Shown here in pieces: positions 15,227 to 29,036 of a stretch of 64,000 bases of DNA; position 1 is the stretch's first letter; every line of letters starts with the position of its first letter. The notes below the pieces were generated by a model. It was not told the origin of the DNA, searched no databases, and saw only the letters and a program-made list of their open reading frames with translations. Position numbers and translations under genes: made by a program. The stretch lies in assembly GCF_009914755.1 (NCBI RefSeq), contig NC_060926.1, one strand, 5' to 3'. The stretch is from the human T2T-CHM13v2.0 reference genome, Homo sapiens.

Positions 15227-15694
15227 ACAGAAAGATACAAAAAGTCCTTGAACTTTTAGAAAACAAAATAGATCAAATATTTTCTGTACATGAGACAGTA
15301 TAAATTCTATTCTGAACCAACCTCTTTGAAATAAAATAATAAGTCTCAGAGACTAAGTCAGCTACATCATAAAAGTTATTTCTACTAGTGTTAAAAAAGT
15401 TTTAAAAGATGACCTCCCATAATCAAGTACTAAAAAGAAACAAAGTGAAACCATCAATGTGAAAAATATAGTTCACTGAAAATATTGTATGTTTCCCAAA
15501 TTACTGAGACAGAGACTTAACAGGGAACTAATGTTGAAGAACTATAAAAAGATGACCTCTGCCATGACCTTGAGAGGCAGAAAGCACTCTATAAAGATGT
15601 CCTATGTACAAGAACATGGATCTTTATTTTCATGCTACTTCTAACCCTGTTTACTTTCTAGTGAAAACATCTACTGAATCTAGTGAAACATCAT

Positions 15695-15840
15695 CAAGAG
15701 TTAGAAGATCTGTGTATTAGGTCCAACTCTGACCAAATCCATGACCCAATCAAGTCATACAATTTCTCTGCACCTTGGTTTATTTACCTATAAAAAGAAA
15801 GAGATTGGCCAAGTGATATCAAAAGTTGCTTCCAGCCCTG
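15695..15840 (+). mobile_element. MIR/MIR3 fragment
   Basis: agagttagaagatctg...caagtcatacaatttctctgcaccttggtttatttacctataaaa. Confidence 0.55.
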
Positions 15841-18469
15841 ATGCAGTTGGTCTCCAATGAATGCTTTCCTAGTCCTTTTAAGACTTATGCCTAAATCAGA
15901 CTTTACAAACCAAACTGAGGTATTGTATAATACACAAGCATAAATTTGGCCTGGGCTGGCATATTAAAGCTGAGTCACATCCATTTTTGTGTAAAACTTG
16001 AAAATCTCTTGAGATATGTTTTGAGAACAGGTCTTCACCATGTATTGTCAAACTTCTGAGTCCTTTTTCAAATCCCTGTTTGGCATAGAGTGGATGCAGA
16101 GGTAGCGTACTGGATATATGTGATTGGTTTACAGTTCACGTTGCTAAAAAATGAGATGTTTCAGGGTCAGGGCAGTTTCAACTGATAAGAACCCTGAGCT
16201 TAAACATTGAACTGACAATGATTTATATACTCCCTTTCATTCCAAAACTCATTAAGTTGTTAAGCATATTGTAAAAGTGCATTGAATAGTTACTCTTCCC
16301 ATACAAGTTAAGATCAGTAAAGACTAAACTCCCCCCATTCCACCCCTGAACCCACATAAAAATTAAACCATTTGCAACTATTTGGGGCCAGTGTGAAGCA
16401 ATTCTTGTCCCTGATGTTGCTAACCATTCTTTGGACAGGCTCGCATATTAACATCTCTCATACAATGCAACAGGAAATTTGAGGTCATGGTTTCCTTATG
16501 ACTATGAAATCTAAAATTCCAGAGTTTGACCAAAAGTGCTAATTAGCAAGTATCAAAGAAACTATATCTGAATTGGTCCAAACACATGTATCTGGAAGAG
16601 ACACTCAAGGGCCTTGCATGTGAAGCACTCAGAAAATTTACAATGGACCTGTCCTCAAGTTGCTTTGTTTGGGAACAGAATAAGCTTGGAAATAATTACA
16701 GTGACAAAGTCAGCTTCCCTGGATCTGATCCCTGGCATTGCCAGGAAACTTAATGCTTTTTAAAATGCTGCCAAGAACTGTTGGCTAGACCCTACACAGT
16801 TACAAAAAAAAATGATCCTCTATAGTCATGTAAATCCCTGTTGCCTCAAACCCCACAATGGCCAACAATTATTTTACAATTGACAAGATTTTCAGCACAG
16901 TGTGTTGGAAAGGACCTATCATTTTCAGAGATCTTGGTCTCTTTATAAGTACTTGGGAGTTCTGCCAGACAGCAGATTTGAGTCATTATTGCTGGACTGT
17001 TGGATGGAAATGTAAAGATATATTTATCCACTATTCTGCATTATATAGCCATGGCTACTCAGGGATGGGCAGTACAAATGGGTTTTTCTTTTCATGCTAT
17101 TAATTATAAATTGGGAAAACCAGAAAATGGATCAATTAAAACCAAGTTAGTCCAGCTAAAGAAAGTGCTTGGCAATTTGCTTAAGAAAGTTGTGGCAAAT
17201 ACAAAAATGTCAATAAACCCAAAGACAAAGAAGCTAAATAATGAAAGATTATTTTATTATTCAATGTCCTTTATAATGTTTAAATATTAATAATAAAAGA
17301 TATTTAATATTTCCACTCTTGGTTCAATGTTTTTCTTCTGTTAAAACCACAAGGTGCCAAATATTTTCTCCTCGTGGCTTTGTTAACAACCAAAGGCTAA
17401 TCTCTGGCAAGACTGTTTTCCAATGGGTTTCACAACAGGGTAACTTTGCTGTGTTTCTTCTGCATTTGAATTTGTCATCACTTTAAGTTACAATGTCTCT
17501 CTAGATTTCATGACTATCAATCACATGTATTAGGATATCATTCCTCTGTTTCACAAATTCAGTTCTTTATATGTTTTTTTTAAAGACCACAATTAGGTTT
17601 TTTCCCTTCTTGAATATGCAGACTATGATCAGAGATGGACTTTCTAGATATATCAGCAAGTAGTTCAAGATGCTGCTGACTGTAGCATTATAAATAATTT
17701 ATAGCACATGAAATGTTTAATAACATTCCTAACAAAAATGCAAAATGAACTCTGCATGGTAATAAACCATGCTCAATTCAAAAATAAACATAAGTATTAA
17801 TGTGGGCATTTGTTAAAGATATCGCTTCATGGCATGTTTACGAACCTCAAAAATGGGAAATTACACACCTACACCAGAGGCAGAAAATTATCTGGCAATA
17901 ACAGAATATTTGATTTTCAAAACAAAATGTATTAGCTAGACCTATATCTACTTTTCTTTTTTTTCAAAAGCATTTCTCACCTCTAAAACAATGGCTAATA
18001 ACTTCATTATATATGTCCCCTCTCTGTTCCCAGTCTCCTTCTTGTCCAAATAGGATGATTAGATGAAAAAAAGATTATATGTGCTTAATCATTACCTAAG
18101 AAGTGACTAATTGCCACAAGTTCAGTTTGAATGAGTGTGTAAATAAATTTAATAAAATATGAATTTGAGAGGAAGAGAATGATCAAGATGCATCCTACAC
18201 TAAAGCTCAGAACTTTACCATTTGCCTCTCTCATACATTTATATAAATCTGTCCCTCTCCCATGTGAAGAAAATTTAATTTTGTCAAGCAAAATTAATTT
18301 TGAAAAACTTAAAGTTTGCCATCCTTCAGATTCATTTCCTGAGATAATCCCACTAAAGTTCCATTAGTGTCAATGGAAATCTTGTACCTGATGCCAATAG
18401 CCTTTGATCCCAAAGGCCCTCAGCAATTATTTCAATTTGTATTAAACTTCTGTTATAGGATGAGGTAAA

Positions 18470-18478
18470 GTGTGTGTG

Positions 18479-18511
<33 letters not shown>
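18470..18511. repeat. (TG)n microsatellite
   Basis: About 20 TG units with one CA interruption. Confidence 0.97.
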
Positions 18512-18513
<2 letters not shown>

Positions 18514-18989
18514 TTGAAAATTCATTCATTTTTTGCTATTCACACTGGTTATTCTGCAGTTTTCTCATACTCTGTCTTCAAGTTATGCTAAAGACATGGT
18601 CTTGCATAGAATTTGCTTATGTTTTTCTTATGGTTGAGGAAGGAGATTTTTGCAGACGTTAGCTCAGCCACCACCATGGCCCTAAACTACATGGATGGCC
18701 AATAAATTTATCTTGAATATGGTGACTCAGTAGTTTAAAGAAGGCAACTTTTCTAAGTTAATTTCTAATTTTATCATGGTCCCAATCAAATTTCTGAGGT
18801 ATTCATTTGGGGACTTATTCATTTAGGGTGTGGGTTTTTAAATAGCAGATTGTATCTGAAAATTTATTTTAAAGATCATTCACTAATGCATTTTTCAAAG
18901 AAAATAAATTAGTCAAGATGTCTATAAAAATGCATATGGATGAGGGATAATAATGATGAAGATAATATATATCATGTATTACTACAGGT

Positions 18990-19530
18990 ATGTGATAAAT
19001 ATATCATTGAAAACTCAGAGAATAAAAAAGAAGTTACTTAATAAAGAATGCTAGCACAATTGCCAGGTGATACACACAGAAAGAAAATTGCATCCCTATC
19101 TTACCCCACCTGCAAACATTTCAAGATAATCAAATTTCTAAATATAAAGCTTAAACAAATAAATGAATAAAAGTACAATAAAAACCAGATTGCTCTTTAT
19201 ATAATATTAAAGTGGAGAAGGTTTTGCTATGCATATCATAAAATTTGAAAGACATAAAACTGCATATAAAATTAAACATTCTTCATAGCAATTAATATCA
19301 TAAACAAAGTCAAAACACAAGGAAGAAATACTTGAAAACATCTGTCAATGAGATATTTTCTTTAAGACATCAAGGTTTCTCACAAATTGATGAGAAGATC
19401 AACAAACCAATAGAAACGTTTACACAAGATATAAATGGTTCACAAGAAAAACAAAATATTTGCAAACTAACATAGCTAAAGGTGTTCAACTCAAAATTAA
19501 ACCTAAGACAAAGTTTGACACCTATGGGAT
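18990..19530 (+). mobile_element. Old L1M ORF2 3' fragment
   Basis: Degenerate A-rich L1 motifs (ttacttaataaagaatgct, catccctatcttacccc, cataaacaaagtcaaaa, aacaaaccaatagaaa, ggtgttcaactc). Confidence 0.55.
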
Positions 19531-19829
19531 TGACTTTCTCTAGGTTCCTCAACTCTTCAATTTTCACCTTCTCTTCACTTTCTGGGTGGACTCAACTACA
19601 CCTCAGACATCAATTATCACCTGTGTGCCAGCCAAATGCTCATCACAGACTGTCTTCTGAGTTCCAGACCCCTCTTCTCTTCCTCCCCATAGTTTAACAG
19701 TCACCAAGAGCTTCCAGTTCTACCTCTTTCCGATCCCATTAAACCAAGTTTTCCCAAATAGAAGACAGCAATCTTTAGTTTGTCATGAAAGCAATTTAAC
19801 AGGATAGGAACAGCATTTTAAAAAGAAAA

Positions 19830-20120
19830 TATTACTAAGTGAATGAAGCTAATCTGAAAAGGCTGCATACTATGTGATTCCAACTATATGGCCTTCTGGA
19901 AAAGGCAAAACTATGGAGACAGTAAAAAGATCAGTGGTTGCCAGTGGTTTGGAGAGATGGAGGAATAAATAGTACACAGGGGATTTTTACACCAGTGAAA
20001 CCATTCTGTATAATGCTATAAAAGTAGGTATATATAATTATCCACTTTTTAAAAACCTATAGAATGTACACCACAAAGAGTGAACCCCAACGTACATTAC
20101 AAACTTTGGTTGGTTAAAAA
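19830..20120 (+). mobile_element. L1MC 3'UTR fragment
   Basis: tactaagtgaatgaagctaatctgaaaaggctgcatactatgtgattccaactatatg...ggaaaaggcaaaactatggagacagtaaaaagatcagtggttgcca. Confidence 0.8.
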
Positions 20121-20141
20121 AATATATAATAGAAGCTGGGC

Positions 20142-20670
<529 letters not shown>

Positions 20671-20675
20671 TTGTG

Positions 20676-21085
20676 TATCATGGGCTGAATTGAGTCATCA
20701 CAGAATTCATATATTGACTTCCTAACCCCCAGTACCTCAGAATGTAGCTATATTTGAAGATAGGGTCTTTAAAGAGGTAATTAAGAGAAAATGAGTCATA
20801 TGGGTAGGTCCTAATCCTATTATGACTGGTGCCCTGATAAGAAGAGGAAATTAGGAATACAGACATACACAGGAAAAAATCATCATAAGATACAAGGAAA
20901 AGATGATCATAAGACAAGGAGAATGGCCTGGAACAGATCCTTCTCTCATGGCCCACAGAAGACACCAATCCTGCCAGCACCTCGATCTTGGACTTCTATC
21001 TCCAGAACTGTGAGAAAACAAATGTACTCTGTTTAAGCCACCAGGTCTACTGTATTTGTTTCAGCAGCTCTAGCAAACTAATACA
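20676..21085 (+). mobile_element. MLT1B-like MaLR solo LTR
   Basis: atgggctgaattg...cccagtacctcagaatg...gatagggtctttaaagaggtaattaag...ccagaactgtgagaaaa...tttaagccacc...gcaaactaataca. Confidence 0.9.
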
Positions 21086-24000
21086 AATAGTGTAGCATGG
21101 CATAGCATAATACAGGATAGAAATTAGAGTACATCACAGGTAGTGGAAGTAAATATTGTTCAGTAAAAACATTAGTTTCTGATGGGGGCTCTGTATATGG
21201 AGTCATGTATGTCTATTTCTTAAGATAGGTCATGATTAGAAAAGTTTAGAAAGCACTGATCTAAATGATCTGCTTTTTATCCTTCTCCATTACCAATACC
21301 TTAGTTCAGGCCTTCATCATTTCCTACTGAAATTACCTAAAAAATGTATTGCATGATCTGTGCATTTATTCCTCTATTCAACAAATACATATTGAGGAAT
21401 TACCATGTGCCAGACACTGTTTAAGGTATCTCCAAGACCTTGAACACACCCTGCTCTCATTCAGTCACAGTCTAATGTCTCCACTGCAGGTTTTGTTTTC
21501 TCTATATATCCATTCTCCACAACCCTGAGAGAAGTCCTTCTAGAATACATATTTGATCACTCTACTCTGCTCAAAACCCATTAGTGGTTTTCCAACAAGT
21601 TTTGTGAAAAGTGTAAACACTCTGAGCTCATGAGAGCTTTCATGATCTGCTGCCTGCTTGTATCTCTCATATTTAACAGCTCTCGCCTATACACTATGTT
21701 CCAGATATATTAAATGATGTACATTACACCTCCCCACATATCACGTGCTCTCTCAGAACTTTGTGCTTTTATATAAGCTTCAGCTTCTATCCTCCTATCT
21801 GCCTTTCACTTTGATAACTCCTAATTATACTTCAAAACACAGCTCAGCTGCAACTTACTATCCCCCAATGTCTCCTTTCTATTAACACTTCTACCACTTC
21901 ATCTTCACAAAACCTAGACTAAATTAGCAGCCTTACCACATCAAGCTAATTGTTTACTTTTTTGCCTATGTCTTTCATTAGTTTCGTGAGTCAATGAGAA
22001 TAATCATTTTGAGGCTTTTCTAGCTTTTTCTACATGTTAGCACATTTCCTAGTACATAAATGAGTAGATGAAAAGAGGATGGATGGATAGATGGACAGAT
22101 GCACAGCTGTTTACATGGGAATCCTTTCAGTCATTAATAATTCATCAAAATGTTTTTAGAAATGAGCATAATAGACAAAACATGCTGTGCTATGGCATGC
22201 AGAGAAGTGATAAAAATTATAGAAAAGTATAAATTGCAATAAGCCAAATAAGAGATTTTACAAAGCTATATTATTACCTACCTTGCATTTTGTAAAATAT
22301 TTTACTTAAAAATTGCTATTAATGATAACTGAAATGAATGTAAACATTTCAATGATTCCTTGGAGCGAATCATCCCTTGTTCTCTAGATACCAAGTAATA
22401 TAGATGTGGGATTTTGGGGGAAACTTTTTGCCACAGTGTCTAGCCTGTGATGTCTTAATTATAACAATAAATTAATAACATGAATAATGGAGAAGAAATC
22501 AGAAAAAAGTTACTTCCAACCTGGTAAAATATCACACATATATCATATGTTGTAAATGTGAGCTTAGCAATAAAATGTAATTCACCTATTCAGGGTTTTG
22601 ATTATTACTGCTGTTTCTATTTATCTATCTGTAGTTATCTAAAGATTATGTTCTGAAGATGATTAAAATGGAAGGAAGACTCCAAGTGCTAGTGTCACAT
22701 CTTGCTTAGGTGGCAGTCTCTTCTGATAAATCTATGCCTTCCAGATACCCACCTTTTATACCAGTGCTCATCTTACATTATTCAAGCAGTGGTAAGGAGA
22801 AAAGAAAGAAAGGGTGGAAAAAGAAAGGAAAGTAAAAAGAAAGGAGTAAAAATGGTGATTGTCCTAGTTCAGCTGCCCCTTTTCTGAAACTCGAACCAGT
22901 TTGTACAGTTTTGCAAAATTTATGCTTCTTTGAAGAAAATCAAAATGCTCTTAGCCCTATTTTCAGAATAGAACATGTGATAATCCCTATATCTATCATT
23001 TAAGCATCTATTTGACGTAACAGACCTTGTTTGAGGTTTCGTACATATAGTAGCACAATTCACATCGTCTTTTATCACTTCCCACAATCTATGAATTTTT
23101 AGGGATAGTTGCTACATAAAACATTTCACTATCTACCTTTCTCAGAACTTCAGGAAGTATCTTAAATGTAGAACTTGACACAGAGTTATGAAAAGATATC
23201 TGGCCATGAATGAGGCCTACTGATGTAGTCCATACAGACCAGATTTCCAGGACAGAGGGCAGTGTGAAGAAGGAGAGAAAGGGGGTTTGGAGAAGCAAAC
23301 AAAAATATCTTCTGACACAACATGCAAGTAATAAAGCATATTGTATAATGTGCAAGAAATAGCAATGTGAAGATTGCAATAGACACTGAGGCTCCATGGG
23401 AGATGTGAGCACGCCAAACATCCATCCTGCTGAAAAACACTGACATCATCCAATGCATGCATGGGTACACTTGCTTTTATATTCTTCCACACAGCCCTTC
23501 CTAGGCCTTCAACAGAGAGTCCTGTTGAGCCAAAATTATCTCGAAGTCCAACCTTTCATTACTGACTATATTTAGGAACATGTCAGTCTGTGATCTCTTA
23601 GCATCCTACTTCCCATGGACAAGGCTTGAGAATAGCTACTGCAGATGGAGTCTCTTCCCTTACACCATTTCCAAACGAAGCAAAAGTGCCATAGGAACCC
23701 ACTCTGTTCCCTCTAAGGGAAGAAGGCAGCTTTGCTGACAATACCATTTTATTCTTTGCTTTACCCTGTTTTCTTCTCTTTTTGTAAATCAATTACTTCC
23801 CATCCCACTGGGTCCTCCACAGCAATCTCACTATAGCAATTCCACTATTACAGTGTTATTTGTTATACAATACCTCTAATCCTCAAAGCAGCCGTCCAAG
23901 GTAAGTGTTATTATCTTACATTTTGCTAATGAGATTTGGAGAAGTTAACTCCTTCAAGAGTAGACTCTTTTAGGGGTCAAGACTCTTAGGCCCATAGCAT

Positions 24001-24101
24001 TTGGTGAGATTCCTAGTATATTTTTTAAAATCTAAAATTGTATTAGAGTTAGAAAAATTGGGTGATAGAGACAGAAAAATTGTGTGACAATCGTTGTGAT
24101 A

Positions 24102-24352
24102 GTCAAAACCCATAGAAAATACGACACCAGGAGTGAATCCTAATGTAAACTACAGACTTTGGGTGATAACAAAGTGTCAGTGTTGGCTCATTGGTTGTAA
24201 CAAATGTACCACTCTGGTGTGGGATGTTGATAATTGGGGAGGCTGTATGTGGAGGGAGTGGGCATATGGGAACTCTCTGTACTTTCTGCTCAGTTTTGTT
24301 GTGAACATAAAACTGCTTGAAAAAAGAAATCTATATTTGTTAAAAAAATAAA
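24102..24352 (+). mobile_element. L1MC1-like 3' terminus
   Basis: gagtgaatcctaatgtaaactacagactttgggtgataa...tgtaacaaatgtaccactctggtg...ctctgtactttctgctcag plus A tail. Confidence 0.85.
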
Positions 24353-24574
24353 AAGAGAGAGCAAGAGAAAGCATGAGAGAGCAAGATTTATAGGTCCAGA
24401 CATAAAGGGGTGGCTGAGACACACAAACAAATGTGATACTGTCATGTTTACATTTAATAGATTAGTCCTTTTATGCAATAAAACAATATAGTACAGTTAT
24501 GATTGCTAAAAAGCAATTTTAAGAATTATAAAATTATTCATAGTATACTACAGATAGTGCAGTCTAGGCTGTAC

Positions 24575-24978
24575 AACAGCCTGTATTTGTTGTATTTCTA
24601 CAGGTCAGCTAGGGTGGTTCTGCCAATCTCAGCAGGACTAGGCTGGGCACTTCCAAGCTGCAGTTGGATCTGGAGCTGTTCCAGGTATCTCTCACCCTCC
24701 GTGGACTCATGGGCTAGCTCGGGCATGCTTTTCTCATGGTGACGGCAGAGGCCCAGAGCACCTGCTGACACACACAACACTCTTCAGGCCTCAGGCTTGT
24801 CCTGGCAACCTTCTCACTTCTGTCCATGTTCCATTAACCAAAACAGATACATGGTCAGATCCAAAGTCAGAGGGCAGGAAAGCTCACTCTCTTTAATGGG
24901 AGGAACTGAAGAGTCACTATGAAAGGCAGTGATACAGGAAAGAGGGAAGTAGTGAGTCTATTTGTTTAATCTGCCACA
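24575..24978 (-). mobile_element. MLT1 (H/I-like) LTR
   Basis: cagctagggtggttctg...ttctcatggtgacggcagagg...cacttctgtccatgttccattaaccaaa...ccaaagtcagagggcagg...aatctgccaca. Confidence 0.7.
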
Positions 24979-25069
24979 AATGCATGCTGCTGCTTTCAAT
25001 TTACTGTGTTTCTGTGACCATATGTATAGAGTAATTTAGAGATAAAGGTAACAACAAAAGTCTAAATCA

Positions 25070-25450
25070 GAGGCAGGTGGCAGCCTCTGTTGGTGTCCTA
25101 ACATAACCCCAATCCATTCCCCTTTGATCAAAGACTTGAGGGCTTTCTTTGGATGGAGGAGTGAGCAGGATGGGCCAGACATACTAGAAAGTTAACACCA
25201 CTAGATAGAGCTTTTGACAGGTACAACACTGAGATGTGTTTCACAAAGTTTCCCAGAAGCCCTCCCTAGGATTAAGCACCAGTTTCTCACAGTGATAACA
25301 TGTTCTTCAAAGTACAACATATGGGCCTTCTTCCCTCTCCCATTTCAGTTCTCCAACTCCCGTAGCTAGACTTCCCAAGATCATGACACAAATGAACTCT
25401 TTGCCCCCATATCCTTGAAGGAGTTCCTGGATAATAAGATCCCGACCCAG
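25070..25450 (+). mobile_element. ERVL LTR (LTR16-like), degenerate
   Basis: ctgagatgtgtttcac...cccagaagc...ggattaagcaccagtttctcacagtgataac...ccttcttccctctccc...aaatgaactctttgc. Confidence 0.55.
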
Positions 25451-25611
25451 GCTCAGAAGCATTAGTACTTTTGGGCTTCCTCCCTCTCACTGATCATATC
25501 CATGGAAGAAACAGATCAACCAACCTTGTGCAAATCCCATTCTGTGCATCAACTCCAAGCACAACTCAAGAGCTGAGATGTGTTCCTTAAGTGATTGACT
25601 GAGTCTGACTG

Positions 25612-25720
25612 CAGTGACCAACTTTTCTTGTTTATCTAAGACTGAAAGAGTTTCTGGAACATGGAATTTGCAATACTAAAACCAGGACAGTCCCAGGTAA
25701 ACCAGGATGGTTGGTCAGAC
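25612..25720. mobile_element. hAT-Blackjack MITE (MER94-like)
   Basis: Terminal inverted repeat tgaccaac ... gttggtca; internal ctaaaaccaggacagtcccaggtaaaccagga. Confidence 0.7.
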
Positions 25721-25899
25721 TAAGTAGACCATAAAACATGAGAGTCAATAATATGGCAGGTGTGCTCATTTTCTCATTTTGACATCTGGTTATTGATTAT
25801 TGCATAGAACCATATACAACATTCCCGATGAAAGAACATTAAATGTCACCTATTACCATCTCCCAGAAATGCAGGAAAATGAACTAGGCAGATTTGTTA

Positions 25900-26990
25900 A
25901 GTGCCAAATACTCTAACCTCTATTTAAACATCTTCACTGATGGGGAGTTTACAGCCTGTCCCATTACTTTTTTGTAATTTGAATTGGACTCTACCTACCT
26001 ATAATCTAAATTAATTGGCCCTAGTTACCCAGAGTGAATCTCAATAAGTATAACCTCTAGTTCATATGCATAGGCAAAACAGGGTTCTTCAAATATTTGA
26101 TAACAATGGTCCTTTCCCCATTAACATCCTCCTAGTCAGTGAAACATCTCTAGTTCTTCCATAGTATGATTTCTAGAAAAAAAAATAATTTTCTATTCTG
26201 GGCATCCTCCTCCGGATTTATGCCCATTTATTGATATTTATTGATACTATTCTAAACCTGAATATAATACTCTAGATATAGTCTGATTGATATAGAATTC
26301 AAGGAGACTAATACCTTGCATGTTCTAGATATGTTACTTATGTTAGTGAAACCAAAGTTTCCATTAGATTTCTTGGCAACCCTGTTTCATTATAGGTTTA
26401 TATTAGACTCGCACGCCATTAAAACTTCTGGGATTATTTTTCTATGTAAACTATCATTAATCTAAGACTCACGCATTATATACTTTTGTTTTTTTTTTTT
26501 CTTTTAACCATAATTGTCAGCCTTAAATTTCAACTGGTTGTTCTTAGCAACTCTTTCCTACTTGCTGGAAACTTCTAAGTATTTATTTTTATTAGTCAAA
26601 ATATTATCAACACATTGTGTCTGTGTGTTTAATAATCATGTGCATGCAAGAAAAGTGACTTTTATTTTTTTTAGCTTTTTTCAAGTCATTGGTGAGAACG
26701 TGTCCAAGAACATAGTCATAGGGCTGACTTCTAGTAAGGTAACTTCAAGATAATATTGATTCACTAATCATCACACTTTAGATATGGTTGTTTAACAAGC
26801 TACAAATTAACTTAATGTCCTATTATTCAACTCAGATGTTTCCATCTTCTCCATTAAGATATAACAAGAGGCTGTGAAATGTTTTACTGAAATCCAGTTG
26901 CAGTAAATCTCAGACAGTCCAGTGAACAAATATTCTACTCACGCTAGCAAAAGTAAAGTCAATTTGTCATAATTTATTTGAGCACAGGAT
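25900..26990 (-). mobile_element. L3/CR1 LINE relic
   Basis: cttcaaatatttga, aatataatactctagatatagtctga, gttctagatat, ttcttggcaacc, tttactgaaatccag resemble the antisense CR1/L3 ORF2. Confidence 0.6.
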
Positions 26991-27134
26991 GATTCAGTTA
27001 GTATTTATAAATTGCTGACAGATACTAATCTTCAGGTATCTTCTAGGAAAAAGTTAGAATTCTCAGAATTTCTGAAATTGTGTTATTCTTAAAATACTTC
27101 CAACATTTTTCACACTCTTTACTCATTATTATGG

Positions 27135-27594
27135 CGTGATGTCTAATTTTCTGTGTCAGTTTGACTGGGTTAAAGAAGCCCAGATAACTAGTAAAACATT
27201 ATTTCTGAGTGTGTCTGTGAGGATTTTTTTGGAAGAGAATAGCAACTGAATCAGTAGAAAGAAGATTGCCTTTACCAGTATGGACAGGCATCCAAATCAC
27301 AGAGGGCCCAAAGAGAACAAAAAGGTGCAGGAATGGCAAATATACTCTTTCAACTGGGGTATCCATCTCCTCCTACTGGGAAAAATCAATGTTCCTTGTT
27401 CTTAGATCTTTAGATTCAAACTGAATCACACCACTGGCTTTCCTGGTTCTCCAACTTACAGAGGGCAGGTCTTGGAACTTCTCAGCCTCCATAATCCCAT
27501 TAGCTAATTTCAATCATATATGTATGTGATTTTATATATATATATTTTTTATATATATATAGGATATTATTTTACTGGAGAACCCTAAGACATA
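27135..27594 (+). mobile_element. MLT2 (ERVL) solo LTR
   Basis: gtgatgtctaattttctgtgtcagtttgactggg...aaacattatttctgagtgtgtctgtgagg...caccactggctttcctggttctcca...cttctcagcctccataatc, (TA)n, ctggagaaccct. Confidence 0.85.
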
Positions 27595-28235
27595 GATATT
27601 TAAAGCATTGTTTAATAAATAAAAAACATGTTTAATAGTAATTACAAGAAACCTAGCCTGTAGTAAATATTCAAACACTGAAAAATGCCAGCAAACATTA
27701 TTAGGTAATATTGAAATAACGTAATAGTTGATCTCCTGGAAAGGTCACCAGCACTACCCAGAATTACTTATTGAAATGCCATTTTTAGGATTTGTTTCTA
27801 AACTCATTTCTTAGAACACCTTTCATAAGATTGTATACTATATAGTATGCATATAAGCTTATTAATATTTACTTTCAGAAATGACAGTTTGCAGCAGACA
27901 GGGCTGCTGACAAACAACAGCTGGAAATGTGATTCCTGATTGTGACTGCTTCCCTCAGACCTGCTCCTGTCCCAGCTCTGGAACTTGTTGACCTTAACCT
28001 TCAAGTTTTCAACTTTGCACATCAGCACTTCCTGCTCATGGTTTCAATTTGGCATCAGTGGATTCCCTACGTTGACTGCTAAGCTTTAATTCTTGCAAGA
28101 GAATTATAATGCTTTTTCTCATTTTCTCAACTAATTTTTCCCAAAATTCAAGATTGGGGAAAATACATTAATTTTCCAACAAATGCCTGGAAGAAATTCC
28201 TACATGAAAACAGTAGATAAATGATTACAGTTTCA

Positions 28236-28368
28236 GGTTGGGCATGGTGGCACACACCTGTAATCTCAGCTACTTGGGAGGCTGAGACAGGAGGATTGCT
28301 TGAGCCTGGGTGATTGAGACCAGCCTGAACAATATAGCAAGACTCTGTCTCAAAAGAAGAAAAAAAAA
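28236..28368 (+). mobile_element. FLAM Alu monomer
   Basis: ggttgggcatggtggcacacacctgtaatctcagctacttgggaggctgag...gagaccagcctgaacaatatagcaagac plus A tail. Confidence 0.9.
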
Positions 28369-28992
28369 TTTCTTTTTCAAAGAGGTCAAAAGACAACCAA
28401 AGTTTCATAAACTATGGAAGATGTTTGCTTTTATTGCATTAAAGCTCAACATAATGTGCTGAATGGGAAGAAGACAAGGAAGGGAGAGGACAGGAGGGCA
28501 GGAGTGAGAAAGAGCAAGAGACTGACAATAAGCAAAAGTCCTTCCTGTGATTCCATGCAGTTCAACAGCCTCTGAGGAAACAAAGATGAACATAAGACAG
28601 TCCCTGCCTTTAAGGAGCTCCCAATCCAGATACGATAAAAGTTTATATGCAAGTAGTTATGACAAAATGCATAAGCTGCTGTGATGTCATGATGAGGTCA
28701 TAATGAGGTCATTTCAGTGGGATCACAGATGAGGAAACAAACCCTGAAGGAACTAAAAAATTCTATTAGCTTCCACAGCTGACTTTTTATTCTTTTCTAA
28801 ATTAGAGCATTTGTCGTTGTCTTATTCACCCACCCTCTGTGAGTGTACAATATCACAACAGCATTCCCAGGATGGCTCTTGAAAAGTCCTTCCAAGAGCC
28901 AAGATCCAGAGATAACAACATTTAAAACAGCAAGAGCCTGTTTGCCATTTACTCTTCTATTATACATTTCACTGTGTAGCTCTATTTGTTGT

Positions 28993-29036
28993 CTTTCCAG
29001 TTAGAAGCTTCTTCCTTTCCAGTTAGAAGCTTCTTC
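28993..29036. repeat. Perfect 22-bp tandem duplication
   Basis: ctttccagttagaagcttcttc x2. Confidence 0.97.

Noticed and set aside
16731-16785. Palindromes CCTGGCA-t-TGCCAGG and GCCAA-N6-TTGGC as NFI sites
   Set aside because: Spacing and orientation do not fit TTGGC-N5-GCCAA, and they are short enough to be chance.
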